A stretch of DNA of 64,000 nucleotides from an uncultured Bacteroidales bacterium (GTDB taxonomy: Bacteria; Bacteroidota; Bacteroidia; Bacteroidales; JBBRXJ01), in contig CAZJWE010000001.1 of the NCBI GenBank assembly GCA_964549265.1, positions 230 through 64,229 on the forward strand. The letters are read 5' to 3'. Below the pieces are notes generated by a model that was given only the letters and a program-made list of their open reading frames with translations, did no database searches and was not told the DNA's origin. The position numbers were made by a program, and so were the translations under genes. Positions within the stretch are counted from its first letter, which is position 1; every line of letters starts with the position of its first letter. Shown here piece by piece: positions 48,065-57,802 of the stretch.

Positions 48065-51000
48065 ATGACAAATAAATCCCAAAATGAGAAATTAGTTCCT
48101 GTAGTAGGTATCGGTGCATCTTCAGGAGGACTTAAAACCCTTCAGTCTTTTTTTTCTCATGTACCCGAAAATAGTGGCATGGCATATGTTGTGGTTATGC
48201 ATCTTTCGCCTGATCATAAAAGTATATTGGCTGAACTAATACAACCCAATATAAAAATCCCGGTAATGCAGGTCAATAAGACAATTGAATTAAAACCCAA
48301 CCATGTTTATGTGATCCCGCCCAATGCCCATCTGGATGCTATTGACTCTCATTTACGCTTGTCAAAGCTCAAAAACAACCGGTTTAAAGAGGGGCCTATA
48401 GACCACTTTTTCAGGACTTTGGCCAAAACTCACGATGGAGATGCCATTGGTATTATTTTAAGTGGCGCAGGGTTCGACGGAACATTGGGGGTGAAAGAAA
48501 TAAAAGAAAAGGGCGGTTTAACTATAGTGCAAGACCCCCAAGATGCTGAATTCGACAGCATGCCGCAAAGTGCCATATCTACAGGTTTAGTGGATATAAT
48601 ACTCCCTGTTAAAGAAATGCCCTCCTATTTTATTAAATTTTTTTCAACAAAACCCAAACTCAAACTACTAGACCCCGAAGCAAAAAAAGATAATTCCGAA
48701 CAACAAATTATACAAAAAATATTTTCGCAGGTTCATGCCCGTACTGGCAGGGATTTTAGCCGCTATAAGACATCCACATTATTACGCCGTTTACAAAGAA
48801 GGATGCAGATTCATCAGATCACAATTTTATCTGATTATCTTGAACTCCTGCAGAAGAATCCAGAAGAAGTGCAAACCCTCTCTGACGATTTTTTAATAAA
48901 TGTCACTAATTTTTTTAGGGATACGGAAGCATATCATTACCTTGAAAATATTATCATACCACGAATAGTAAAAAATAAAGATACTAACGAACAACTCCGT
49001 GTATGGTCTTCAGGGTGTGCAACGGGTGAAGAAGCTTATTCATTGGCTATGATTTTATATGAAGCCATAAGCAAAATGGATAATCCGCCTTCTATTCAAA
49101 TATTTGCTTCTGATCTGCATGAAAAATCATTAGCAAAAGCCAGAGAAGGATTTTATCCGGGAGATATAAAAGCCGATGTAAGCGAAGAACGATTGAATCG
49201 TTTCTTTATTAAAGAAGATAGCGGATACCGCATACAAAAAGAACTAAGGGAACTGGTAATTTTTACTTCTCATAATTTGATGGGAGACCCTCCTTTTTCG
49301 AAGCTTGATTTATTGGTTTGCAGAAACGTATTAATTTATTTAAAAAAAGATATTCAGCAAGAAGTCATTGAGTTGTTTCATTACGCTTTGCTCCCTCAGG
49401 CTTATCTTATGCTCGGATTATCCGAACAATTGGATAATCCGGATTTCTTCAACACAATTAGTAAAGAATTTTCTTTCTTTTCAAAACGAAATGTCCCTGC
49501 TCCTGAGCCACGATTACCAGTTTTTCCTAAGGCAAAAATAGATTATAATCCACCGCCTCGTCCGCAAACCAATGAGAGAGATATTTCCGTTGGCTCTATA
49601 CATTATAAAATGATAGAAAAGTATGGGCCTCCAAGCTTGCTTCTCAGCAATAATTATCATATACTTCATGTATCAGGAACTGCCGGGGAATACCTGCAGG
49701 TTAGTGGTGGGGAATTCACAAAAGATGTATTTAAACTCATAAAAAAAGAACTTCAGTTTGAATTCAGGTCTACGCTATATTCTGCCAAAGAAAATCAAGA
49801 TTTCGCAGAATCGAAACCAACTAAAATCGAGATAAATGGAAAAATAAAACAGGTTGTCTTTACAGCTAAGTACATAAAAGAAGAACAACTTATTCTTGTT
49901 ATATTCAAAGATTTTATTAAATCCGCCCCCCTTACAGAAAAAACAAAGCATGGAAAAGAACATATACAACCGAAATTGGTCGCTCAGCTGGAAAAAGAGT
50001 TGGATGAAACCCGGAAACGTTTGCAGGCTGTTGTCGAAGAATATGAGACAAGCCAGGAAGAAATGAAGGCTTCCAACGAAGAACTGCATTCGGCCAATGA
50101 AGAATTACGCTCTGCCATGGAAGAACTGGAAACAAGCAAAGAAGAATTGCAATCAATGAACGAAGAGCTTATTACACTCAATCAGGAGAATAAACATAAG
50201 GTAGAAGAGCTTGCACAACTTTCCGATGATCTGCAAAATTTACTTTATGCCACAGATATAGCAACTCTTTTTCTTGACCGGGATATGCATATACTTCGGT
50301 TTACTCCAAAGCTGGGGCAAATATTCAATATCAGACCTGCCGATAAGGGACGGCAAATAACCGATATTACAAATCATTTAGGATATGATACCCTTACAAA
50401 CGATGCCCAAAAAGTATTAAAATACCTTCACCCCATAGAAAAAGAAGCAAAAGATAAAAAGGGAAACACTTATCTTGCACGTGTTTTGCCTTATCAGAGT
50501 TCAGAAGACAAAATAGAAGGCGTGGTAATTACCTTTGTTGATATTTCAGTGCAAAAAAAATCTGAATTTGCGTTAAAAGAATCAAAAGAATTTGCTGAAA
50601 GAATTGTTGATACATTGCATGAACCATTGGTGATTTTATATCCTAACCTAACGGTTAAATCGGCTAACCAGGCGTTTTATAATCAATTTCATGTAAAAAA
50701 AGAAGAAACAATTGACAGAAAAATCTATAATTTAGGCAATGGACAATGGGACATCACGGCGTTAAGGGAATTATTATCAAAAGTTTTAACTGAAAACAGT
50801 ATATTCAATGATTATGAAGTAGAACATGAATTTGAACATATTGGAAAAAAGATAATATTGTTAAATGCCAGAAGGTTAGAAAGCCTGGAGTTGATCTTAC
50901 TAGGCATCCGCGACATCACACAAAAAAAACAACACGAAATTGAACTCAAAAGATCCAAACAACAAATAGCCACAGCGCTTGAAAAAGAACAAGAAATAAC

Positions 51001-51685
51001 CGCGTTACGGTCACAATTTATTTCTACTGTTGCCCATGAATTCCGAACGCCTCTGGCGAGTATTCATTCAAACATCCAACTATTACACAGGTATGATGAT
51101 AAATGGGATAAATCTCAAAAAGAAAAAAATTTCAACCGTATTTATGATGCAATTAAAACACTATCCTTATTATTGGATAATGTAGCTATATTAGAAAAAG
51201 ACCAGCATGGAAAAATAGAGCTTAAGTCTGAGCCTGTTAATTTCCGTCGTTTTATAAATGCATTGGTAGAAGAAACCAACGAAGCATATTCAAAAAAACT
51301 TTCTATAATCATAGAAAACAACTTCCCTGATAAAAAAATATCAATTGATAAGATACTTTTTCGGAATATTTTCATTAATCTGTTTACAAATGCATTAAAA
51401 TATTCATCTGTTGACTCTTCATATCCGGAAATACACATTTCAGATAAAAAGGATACTAAGCATATTCATTGTGTTGTCAGGGATTATGGTATGGGCATTA
51501 AACAAGATGAATTGAAAAATATTTATGAACCGTTTTATAGAGGGTCGAATGTAGGGATGATCAAAGGAACAGGCCTTGGAATTTCCATAGTCAAAAAAAG
51601 TATTGAATTACTCAAAGGAACGCTTGATATTCAAAGTAAAGAAGGTGAAGGTACAACAATTACTACAGAAATTCCTTATAAATAG
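48065..51685 (+). CDS. CheB methylesterase - CheR methyltransferase - coiled coil - PAS x2 - histidine kinase fusion
   Basis: CheB triad context (GASSGG, MHLSPDH, SGAGFDG); CheR SAM domain (VWSSGCATGEEAYS); EEL heptad linker; H-box STVAHEFRTPL; HATPase G-boxes (DYGMGI, GTGLGIS). Confidence 0.85.
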   Translation: MTNKSQNEKLVPVVGIGASSGGLKTLQSFFSHVPENSGMAYVVVMHLSPDHKSILAELIQPNIKIPVMQVNKTIELKPNHVYVIPPNAHLDAIDSHLRLSKLKNNRFKEGPIDHFFRTLAKTHDGDAIGIILSGAGFDGTLGVKEIKEKGGLTIVQDPQDAEFDSMPQSAISTGLVDIILPVKEMPSYFIKFFSTKPKLKLLDPEAKKDNSEQQIIQKIFSQVHARTGRDFSRYKTSTLLRRLQRRMQIHQITILSDYLELLQKNPEEVQTLSDDFLINVTNFFRDTEAYHYLENIIIPRIVKNKDTNEQLRVWSSGCATGEEAYSLAMILYEAISKMDNPPSIQIFASDLHEKSLAKAREGFYPGDIKADVSEERLNRFFIKEDSGYRIQKELRELVIFTSHNLMGDPPFSKLDLLVCRNVLIYLKKDIQQEVIELFHYALLPQAYLMLGLSEQLDNPDFFNTISKEFSFFSKRNVPAPEPRLPVFPKAKIDYNPPPRPQTNERDISVGSIHYKMIEKYGPPSLLLSNNYHILHVSGTAGEYLQVSGGEFTKDVFKLIKKELQFEFRSTLYSAKENQDFAESKPTKIEINGKIKQVVFTAKYIKEEQLILVIFKDFIKSAPLTEKTKHGKEHIQPKLVAQLEKELDETRKRLQAVVEEYETSQEEMKASNEELHSANEELRSAMEELETSKEELQSMNEELITLNQENKHKVEELAQLSDDLQNLLYATDIATLFLDRDMHILRFTPKLGQIFNIRPADKGRQITDITNHLGYDTLTNDAQKVLKYLHPIEKEAKDKKGNTYLARVLPYQSSEDKIEGVVITFVDISVQKKSEFALKESKEFAERIVDTLHEPLVILYPNLTVKSANQAFYNQFHVKKEETIDRKIYNLGNGQWDITALRELLSKVLTENSIFNDYEVEHEFEHIGKKIILLNARRLESLELILLGIRDITQKKQHEIELKRSKQQIATALEKEQEITALRSQFISTVAHEFRTPLASIHSNIQLLHRYDDKWDKSQKEKNFNRIYDAIKTLSLLLDNVAILEKDQHGKIELKSEPVNFRRFINALVEETNEAYSKKLSIIIENNFPDKKISIDKILFRNIFINLFTNALKYSSVDSSYPEIHISDKKDTKHIHCVVRDYGMGIKQDELKNIYEPFYRGSNVGMIKGTGLGISIVKKSIELLKGTLDIQSKEGEGTTITTEIPYK

Positions 51686-51719
51686 TGACTTTTCAAATTT
51701 AAAGTACTGTATACTTATT

Positions 51720-53744
51720 TTATTTTTCTTTTAACATCTTTTCCAGAGCAAACATATCATCTCTAAGTGCAGCAGCTTTAATAAAATCCAGTTTTTTAGC
51801 TGCTTTTTCCATATCTTTTTTAGTCTTTTTAAGTGTTGCTAATAATTTTTCTTTGCTCATGTATTGCACTACAGGGTCAGCAGCAATGGATATTTCACCG
51901 GGGCCGCCATATATTTTACCTCCGGGTTTTTGTTTGGAATAGTTTTGTAAACGTTGTTGCATGATGTTTCCGGTGGCTTTTTCTATTTGCTTTGGTGTAA
52001 TATTGTGTGCTTCATTATAAGCAAGTTGCTTCTCCCTGCGTCGTTGTGTCTCATTGATGGTTTTTTGCATTGATCTGGTGATTTTATCAGCATACATAAT
52101 CACTTTACCATTGAGATGCCTTGCTGCCCTGCCGGAAATTTGCGTCAGCGATGTCTCTGATCGAAGGAACCCTTCTTTGTCAGCATCCAAGATAGCAACC
52201 AGGGAGACTTCGGGAAGATCGAGCCCCTCTCTTAACAGATTGACCCCAATAAGCACATCAAATGCTCCGTTGCGCAAATTATCAATGATCTCAACCCGTT
52301 CCAGCGTATCAATATCAGAATGAATGTAGCGGCACTTAATGTCAAACCCCGATAAGTAATTGGTAAGCTCTTCAGCCATCCGCTTGGTCAGTGTAGTTAC
52401 AAGGATACGTTCATTATTGGTAACTCTTTTGTTGATTTCACTCAAAAGTTCGTCAATTTGGTTCAGTGTTGGCCTTACTTCAATAACAGGGTCTAATAAT
52501 CCGGTTGGCCGGATGACCTGCTCAATGATTTCACCATGTGTTTTTTCAAGCTCAAAAATGCCGGGTGTAGCACTCACAAAAATGGTCTGGTTTACCAAAT
52601 GCTCAAATTCTTCAAACGTTAATGGCCGGTTGTCTAATGCAGCAGGCAGCCTGAAGCCGTATTCCACAAGGTTTTTTTTCCTTGAATAATCACCTCCATA
52701 CATGGCTCTGATCTGTGGAATCGTGACATGACTTTCATCTATAACCATAATATAATCATCGGGAAAATAATCGAGCAGACAAAAAGGACGATCCCCTGGC
52801 TTCCTGCCATCAAAGTATCTTGAGTAATTTTCAATACCCGGACAATACCCCAGTTCACGGATCATCTCAAGGTCATGCAATACTCTTTCTTCCAGTAGCT
52901 TGGCCTCTTGTCTCTTGCCAATATCATAAAAGTGCTCCTTTTGTGTTTCAAGGTCATATTTAATTTGTTCTGTGGCCAATGTGATCCTGTCTTTATTGGC
53001 CACAAAAATATTGGCCGGATAAATCAGAATTTGATCCAATGTTTCAATTACTTCACCGGTTTCAGGATCAAAAGACTGGACGGATTCAACCTCTTCGTCC
53101 CAGAATGAAATCCTGTAAGCAATATCAGTATAAGCCAGATGTACATCAATGGTATCCCCTTTTACACGAAAAGTACCCCTGCTAAATTCAAGGTCATTTC
53201 TTGAATACATAGCTGCAACCAGGTCAAGCAAAAAAGCATTGCGGTCCGTTACATCCCCTTTTTCTACTTTTATGCTGTTATTATAAAAATCATCAGGGTT
53301 TCCTAAGCCAAATAAGCAGGAAACCGATGAAACCACAATCACATCTTTTCTACCCGACAGCAGAGAGGAAGTGGTGCTTAGCCTGAGTTTTTCTATCTCA
53401 TCATTAATAGATAGGTCCTTTTCAATATAGGTATCTGTAACCGGAAGATAAGCCTCCGGTTGATAATAATCATAATACGAAACAAAATATTCAACAGCAT
53501 TTTCAGGGAAAAACTGATTGAATTCACTAAAAAGCTGTGCCGCCAGTGTTTTATTATGGCTTAACACCAGGATGGGGCGCTGAATGTTTTGAATGACATT
53601 TGCTATGGTAAATGTCTTCCCGGAACCTGTTACGCCTAAAAGCATTTGGAATTGCTCTCTGTTACGAATACCCTCTGAAAGCGATTGAATGGCCTGGGGT
53701 TGATCTCCTGTTGGAAGATATGCAGAAGTGATTTTATAATCCAT
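51720..53744 (-). CDS. uvrB: excinuclease ABC subunit B
   Basis: 674 aa with Walker A GVTGSGKT, helicase motifs and the C-terminal UVR domain (AAALRDDMFALEK). Confidence 0.95.
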   Translation of the reverse strand: MDYKITSAYLPTGDQPQAIQSLSEGIRNREQFQMLLGVTGSGKTFTIANVIQNIQRPILVLSHNKTLAAQLFSEFNQFFPENAVEYFVSYYDYYQPEAYLPVTDTYIEKDLSINDEIEKLRLSTTSSLLSGRKDVIVVSSVSCLFGLGNPDDFYNNSIKVEKGDVTDRNAFLLDLVAAMYSRNDLEFSRGTFRVKGDTIDVHLAYTDIAYRISFWDEEVESVQSFDPETGEVIETLDQILIYPANIFVANKDRITLATEQIKYDLETQKEHFYDIGKRQEAKLLEERVLHDLEMIRELGYCPGIENYSRYFDGRKPGDRPFCLLDYFPDDYIMVIDESHVTIPQIRAMYGGDYSRKKNLVEYGFRLPAALDNRPLTFEEFEHLVNQTIFVSATPGIFELEKTHGEIIEQVIRPTGLLDPVIEVRPTLNQIDELLSEINKRVTNNERILVTTLTKRMAEELTNYLSGFDIKCRYIHSDIDTLERVEIIDNLRNGAFDVLIGVNLLREGLDLPEVSLVAILDADKEGFLRSETSLTQISGRAARHLNGKVIMYADKITRSMQKTINETQRRREKQLAYNEAHNITPKQIEKATGNIMQQRLQNYSKQKPGGKIYGGPGEISIAADPVVQYMSKEKLLATLKKTKKDMEKAAKKLDFIKAAALRDDMFALEKMLKEK

Positions 53745-53924
53745 AATTAATTTACTTGATTATCAATATTTAATATAAAAATCACTGGTTAAAAAAGTGA
53801 TTTACATCAATATTCATAATTTTTTTATTAATATTGATAACTCAAAAATTTTTATTTCGTAATAGTGTATACAGATGTAAATTATTGATGATGAAAGTGA
53901 CATGATATATGTTTACCTTATATT

Positions 53925-55388
53925 ATGGTGTATTTCAACAATCAATTTGAATTGAAAGAGAAAAAAAACCTTTTACATATTCAAATGCCAAACAAAGAAA
54001 ACGAAAAACTATTAAAACGTATTGCTAAACTTGTTAAACAAAATCAGGAGCTTGAAAATCAGGTCAAAGAACTCTCCAGAAAATATGATGATTTGTTGCA
54101 TAAAAATGAATACCACGAGCAGTTGATAGAACAGCATGGTTTACAGAAAAATAAGATTGATGCAAAGAAGCGTAAAAATCATTTTCGGTTTGACATGGCC
54201 ACTGTATTGTTTATCAGAATAAATGGTTTTTCAAAAGTATCTCAGAATAAAGATTCAGCTGCTATCATGGATGAATTGGACAGGATATTCATCCATTTTA
54301 ATGCCATTACCAAAAAATACAATATTCAAAAGATTAAAACAATTGGTGATTCATATATGGCTGCTGGCGGGATTCCACAAAAAAATATTACAAATCCGGT
54401 AGAAGTGGTTATGGCTGCCCTGGAAATGTCCGAAGTCATAAAAAACGCTGATAATAGCAAGATAGACAAGATATGGGAAGTTGCATTTGGGATGCATACC
54501 GGGCCAGTAACTGCCGATGTTACTGGAAAAAGGAAAAAATCATACGATATCAAAGGAGATACAGTGAATATTGCAACACGTGTAGAATCTTCAAGTATTC
54601 CTGGAAAAGTTATTATTTCTGTTATGACCTATGAATTGATCAAAGAGTTTTTTGAATGCGATATTTATGGTAAAATACCTGTAAAATATAAAGGCGACCT
54701 GGAGTTGTACGAGGTAAAAGGACTCAAACCCGAATTCAGGGTAAACAATTCCAAAATAGCGCCCAATAATTTTTTTAATACACGGTTTCTTCTTATTCAA
54801 TTCACAGACATTCAGGAGCTTATGCTTGAAAAGTTAGAGGCTGAACTACCGGGGTATTTGTATTACCATGGCGTAAAGCATACGGTAGATGTTGTCACAC
54901 AGGTAGAACTTATCGGATGGGGAGAGGGAGTGAGCGAAGAAGATATTCTACTGCTCAAAACAGCTGCATTATTTCATGATTCAGGACATATTATCAGTTA
55001 TGATAATCATGAATATTATAGTGTGGAACTGGCCAGGAAATACCTTCCACAATACAATTATACCCGGGAACAGATAGATAAGATCAGTGATTTGATCATG
55101 GCCACAAAACTTCCACCGGATCCTAAAAATATTTATGAAGCCATTATGTGTGATGCAGACCTTGATTATTTGGGCAGAAGTGATTTTATTGCTGTTTCCA
55201 ATACATTATATATGGAACTCAAAGAACAAAATAAAATTACTTCATTGATCGAATGGGATAAAATGCAGCTTAAATTTATCTCACAGCATCAATATTACAC
55301 CGAAACAGCTAAAAGCCTTCGGGAAGTAAACAAACAAAAGCAAATCGAGCGGATCAAAAAGGTTATTGAAGAAGAGATTTCTTGTTAG
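53925..55388 (+). CDS. coiled coil - class III cyclase-homology domain (one metal Asp replaced) - HD domain fusion
   Basis: Cyclase blocks VLFIRINGFS, IKTIGDSYMAAGG and KGDTVNIATRVES. HD blocks HGVKHTVDV, LFHDSGH and CDADLDYLG. Alternative start at Met21 (53985). Confidence 0.75.
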   Translation: MVYFNNQFELKEKKNLLHIQMPNKENEKLLKRIAKLVKQNQELENQVKELSRKYDDLLHKNEYHEQLIEQHGLQKNKIDAKKRKNHFRFDMATVLFIRINGFSKVSQNKDSAAIMDELDRIFIHFNAITKKYNIQKIKTIGDSYMAAGGIPQKNITNPVEVVMAALEMSEVIKNADNSKIDKIWEVAFGMHTGPVTADVTGKRKKSYDIKGDTVNIATRVESSSIPGKVIISVMTYELIKEFFECDIYGKIPVKYKGDLELYEVKGLKPEFRVNNSKIAPNNFFNTRFLLIQFTDIQELMLEKLEAELPGYLYYHGVKHTVDVVTQVELIGWGEGVSEEDILLLKTAALFHDSGHIISYDNHEYYSVELARKYLPQYNYTREQIDKISDLIMATKLPPDPKNIYEAIMCDADLDYLGRSDFIAVSNTLYMELKEQNKITSLIEWDKMQLKFISQHQYYTETAKSLREVNKQKQIERIKKVIEEEISC

Positions 55389-55482
55389 TGTCGCTCATTA
55401 ATGTGGTTATTTAGAATAGCGCCATTAGTGTTTGGGCTTGATTACTATGAATCTCAGCTTTGAGCTTGTGGTTTGTGTCTTC

Positions 55483-56724
55483 TCAAAAAAAGCGCTTAAT
55501 ATGACGTTCATATATATTTTCTGTAACCTGCTCATTTACAATGTCTTTGTTTTCTTTTAAAACAGCTATATAATCGTCACTGTATTCAGCCGCAATCTTA
55601 TATCCAATATGAAGCAATTGCCGCATATTGGGGTTAAAATCTTTATGATCAGGGATATGGCGAATAGCATCGGCAAATTGTTTTCCTGTCCATTTTTTTA
55701 CAGTCTCTGCCGATGGTAAATCATCCCTGTTTATTTCTATTACATTTGCATAAGGTTCACTTAATTCATCAATACGACGTAACGCATGGCCATATATTTT
55801 TTGAATGAGTTCAAATGCTTTACCACCCGCAAGCGATAAACCGATTACTTCTTCTAACCATGTTGTGCCTGCAGTTTTAATATGTATTCCTTTGTTGTAT
55901 TTCTTTAAAAGCCTCCCAATGATAGGGTAAAGGCTGAATTTATCACTTCCTGAATGGATACTTAATTTAAGATTTTTGGGCAATCCGAATTCTTTTACTG
56001 CATATTCTGTAACCAGAAGGTCTTCTTCAAATTCTTTTGTGAATTGATCAATATCGCCAGAATAATCAATGCCTTTATTAAAGCGGCCAGTGAATTTTGG
56101 AGCAATGGTTTGTACCGGAATGTTTTCATCTGCAAGTGCTTTTAAAATAAACAACATTTCAACCGGTCTTTGAGGCTCGTCAACTTCATCCATCGAAATT
56201 TCTGTAATAAAATTGCCTTTTCCTTTTTTGCTTTCTATAAATCGGTATATTTCTCCTGCTTCTTTAATTGCATGAATAAACTTTTTTCCGATTTCTTTGA
56301 TCCTGTCTGATGAAATGCCAAATTGTGTTTCAATATGAGGAATCTTTATTTTTCCAACTAGATGTTTGTTTTTTTCATAAAATTCATTGATTTCTTGTTT
56401 GGTTGCTTCTTCTCCGATTTTTTCAGCCACATCAATGGTGAAAAAATTAGATGTTTCAATGTATTTTTCTACATTATTTATGTTAATGTGATCCGCATCA
56501 ATAAAATAAGGTTTTTTCCATTGGAGTTGGCTAACAGCTTCCTCAGCTTCATTTTTCGTGTCAATTTGCTTCGAGTGAATAATCTCATGTTCCCTGTTTG
56601 ATTTGTTCCATACCGGCACAAACTCATATCCGTCATTATTCGCTTTGACAAGTGCTTTCAATTGGGCAATGCCTTGCTGTCCGAATCTGTCACCTATACC
56701 AAATGTGTACTTGGGTAATTCCAT
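55483..56724 (-). CDS. uxaE: tagaturonate/fructuronate epimerase (UxaE family)
   Basis: 413 aa; the N-terminal FGIGDRFGQQG...VPVWNKSNREH matches my recollection of the UxaE signature. It is divergent from a UxuB-like SDR. Confidence 0.6.
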   Translation of the reverse strand: MELPKYTFGIGDRFGQQGIAQLKALVKANNDGYEFVPVWNKSNREHEIIHSKQIDTKNEAEEAVSQLQWKKPYFIDADHININNVEKYIETSNFFTIDVAEKIGEEATKQEINEFYEKNKHLVGKIKIPHIETQFGISSDRIKEIGKKFIHAIKEAGEIYRFIESKKGKGNFITEISMDEVDEPQRPVEMLFILKALADENIPVQTIAPKFTGRFNKGIDYSGDIDQFTKEFEEDLLVTEYAVKEFGLPKNLKLSIHSGSDKFSLYPIIGRLLKKYNKGIHIKTAGTTWLEEVIGLSLAGGKAFELIQKIYGHALRRIDELSEPYANVIEINRDDLPSAETVKKWTGKQFADAIRHIPDHKDFNPNMRQLLHIGYKIAAEYSDDYIAVLKENKDIVNEQVTENIYERHIKRFF

Positions 56725-56903
56725 GGTAATATGTTTTAATGGTTAATTTTTGTTAAATTAAAATTTCACGAATTTACACATTTCTTTTTTTTCCGATGTA
56801 CAAAATCATTAAATTTGGGTACTTATTTTTTCTTTTTATTTGAAGTAAATCTATATTGCTTTGATTTTAAGTGACCTATTTTAATCATTAAATTTTATTT
56901 ATT

Positions 56904-57755
56904 ATGGCCAAATTAACATTTCAGGATTTAGAAAATAAAGTATGTGTTATTACCGGAGGGGGAGGAGTAATTGGAACTTCCATAGCCAAAGGGCTTGCTG
57001 CATCAGGTGTAAAAACTGCCATACTTGATTTGAATTATGAAAACGCTGAATTAATTGCAAACGAAATCACCGATAAGTATAATATTCCTTCAATAGGTGT
57101 TAAAGCAAATGTTTTGGATAAAAAATCGTTACAGGAAGCATATGAATATATTACAGAAGAATTTGGCCGGATTGACATGTTAATTAATGGTGCAGGAGGA
57201 AATTCCCCCAAAGCTACAACAACAATTGAGGAATTATCAAACGAAAATATACAAGAAATAGAAAACAGTTTTTATGGACTCGAAATGGAAGGGTTTCAAA
57301 AAGTGTTTGACCTTAATTTTATGGGAACCCTCCTGCCAACAATGGTTTTTACAAAAGAGATGGCCACAAAAGGTAAAGGGGTTGTGCTCAATATTTCTTC
57401 AATGAATTCATACAGGCCATTGACGAAAATACCTGCATATTCCGCAGCAAAAGCGTCCATCAATAATTTCACTCAATGGCTTTCTGTCCATTTGGCAAAA
57501 ACGGGGATTCGTGTAAATGCCATTGCACCAGGTTTTTTTCTTACAAACCAAAATAGGTTTTTATTGGTAGATGAAAAGACAAACGAATTGACTGACCGGG
57601 GCCGTAAAATCATTAACAGCACTCCAATGGATAAATTTGGAGAACCCGAAGACCTACAGGGTACTGTTTTATATCTTTTGTCAGATGTATCTGCTTTTGT
57701 TACAGGTGTCATCATTCCGGTAGACGGCGGTTTCAATGCTTATAGCGGAGTATAG
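56904..57755 (+). CDS. SDR-family oxidoreductase, Bacteroidota UxuB-like (fructuronate/mannonate)
   Basis: TGGGGVIG cofactor motif and the catalytic YSAAKASI motif; the ~280-aa length and context next to uxaE fit SDR-type UxuB. Confidence 0.6.
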   Translation: MAKLTFQDLENKVCVITGGGGVIGTSIAKGLAASGVKTAILDLNYENAELIANEITDKYNIPSIGVKANVLDKKSLQEAYEYITEEFGRIDMLINGAGGNSPKATTTIEELSNENIQEIENSFYGLEMEGFQKVFDLNFMGTLLPTMVFTKEMATKGKGVVLNISSMNSYRPLTKIPAYSAAKASINNFTQWLSVHLAKTGIRVNAIAPGFFLTNQNRFLLVDEKTNELTDRGRKIINSTPMDKFGEPEDLQGTVLYLLSDVSAFVTGVIIPVDGGFNAYSGV

Positions 57756-57802
57756 ATATTATTTTTCAGGATGGTTCGTTTATTCAGTAAATTTTAATTA
57801 TT

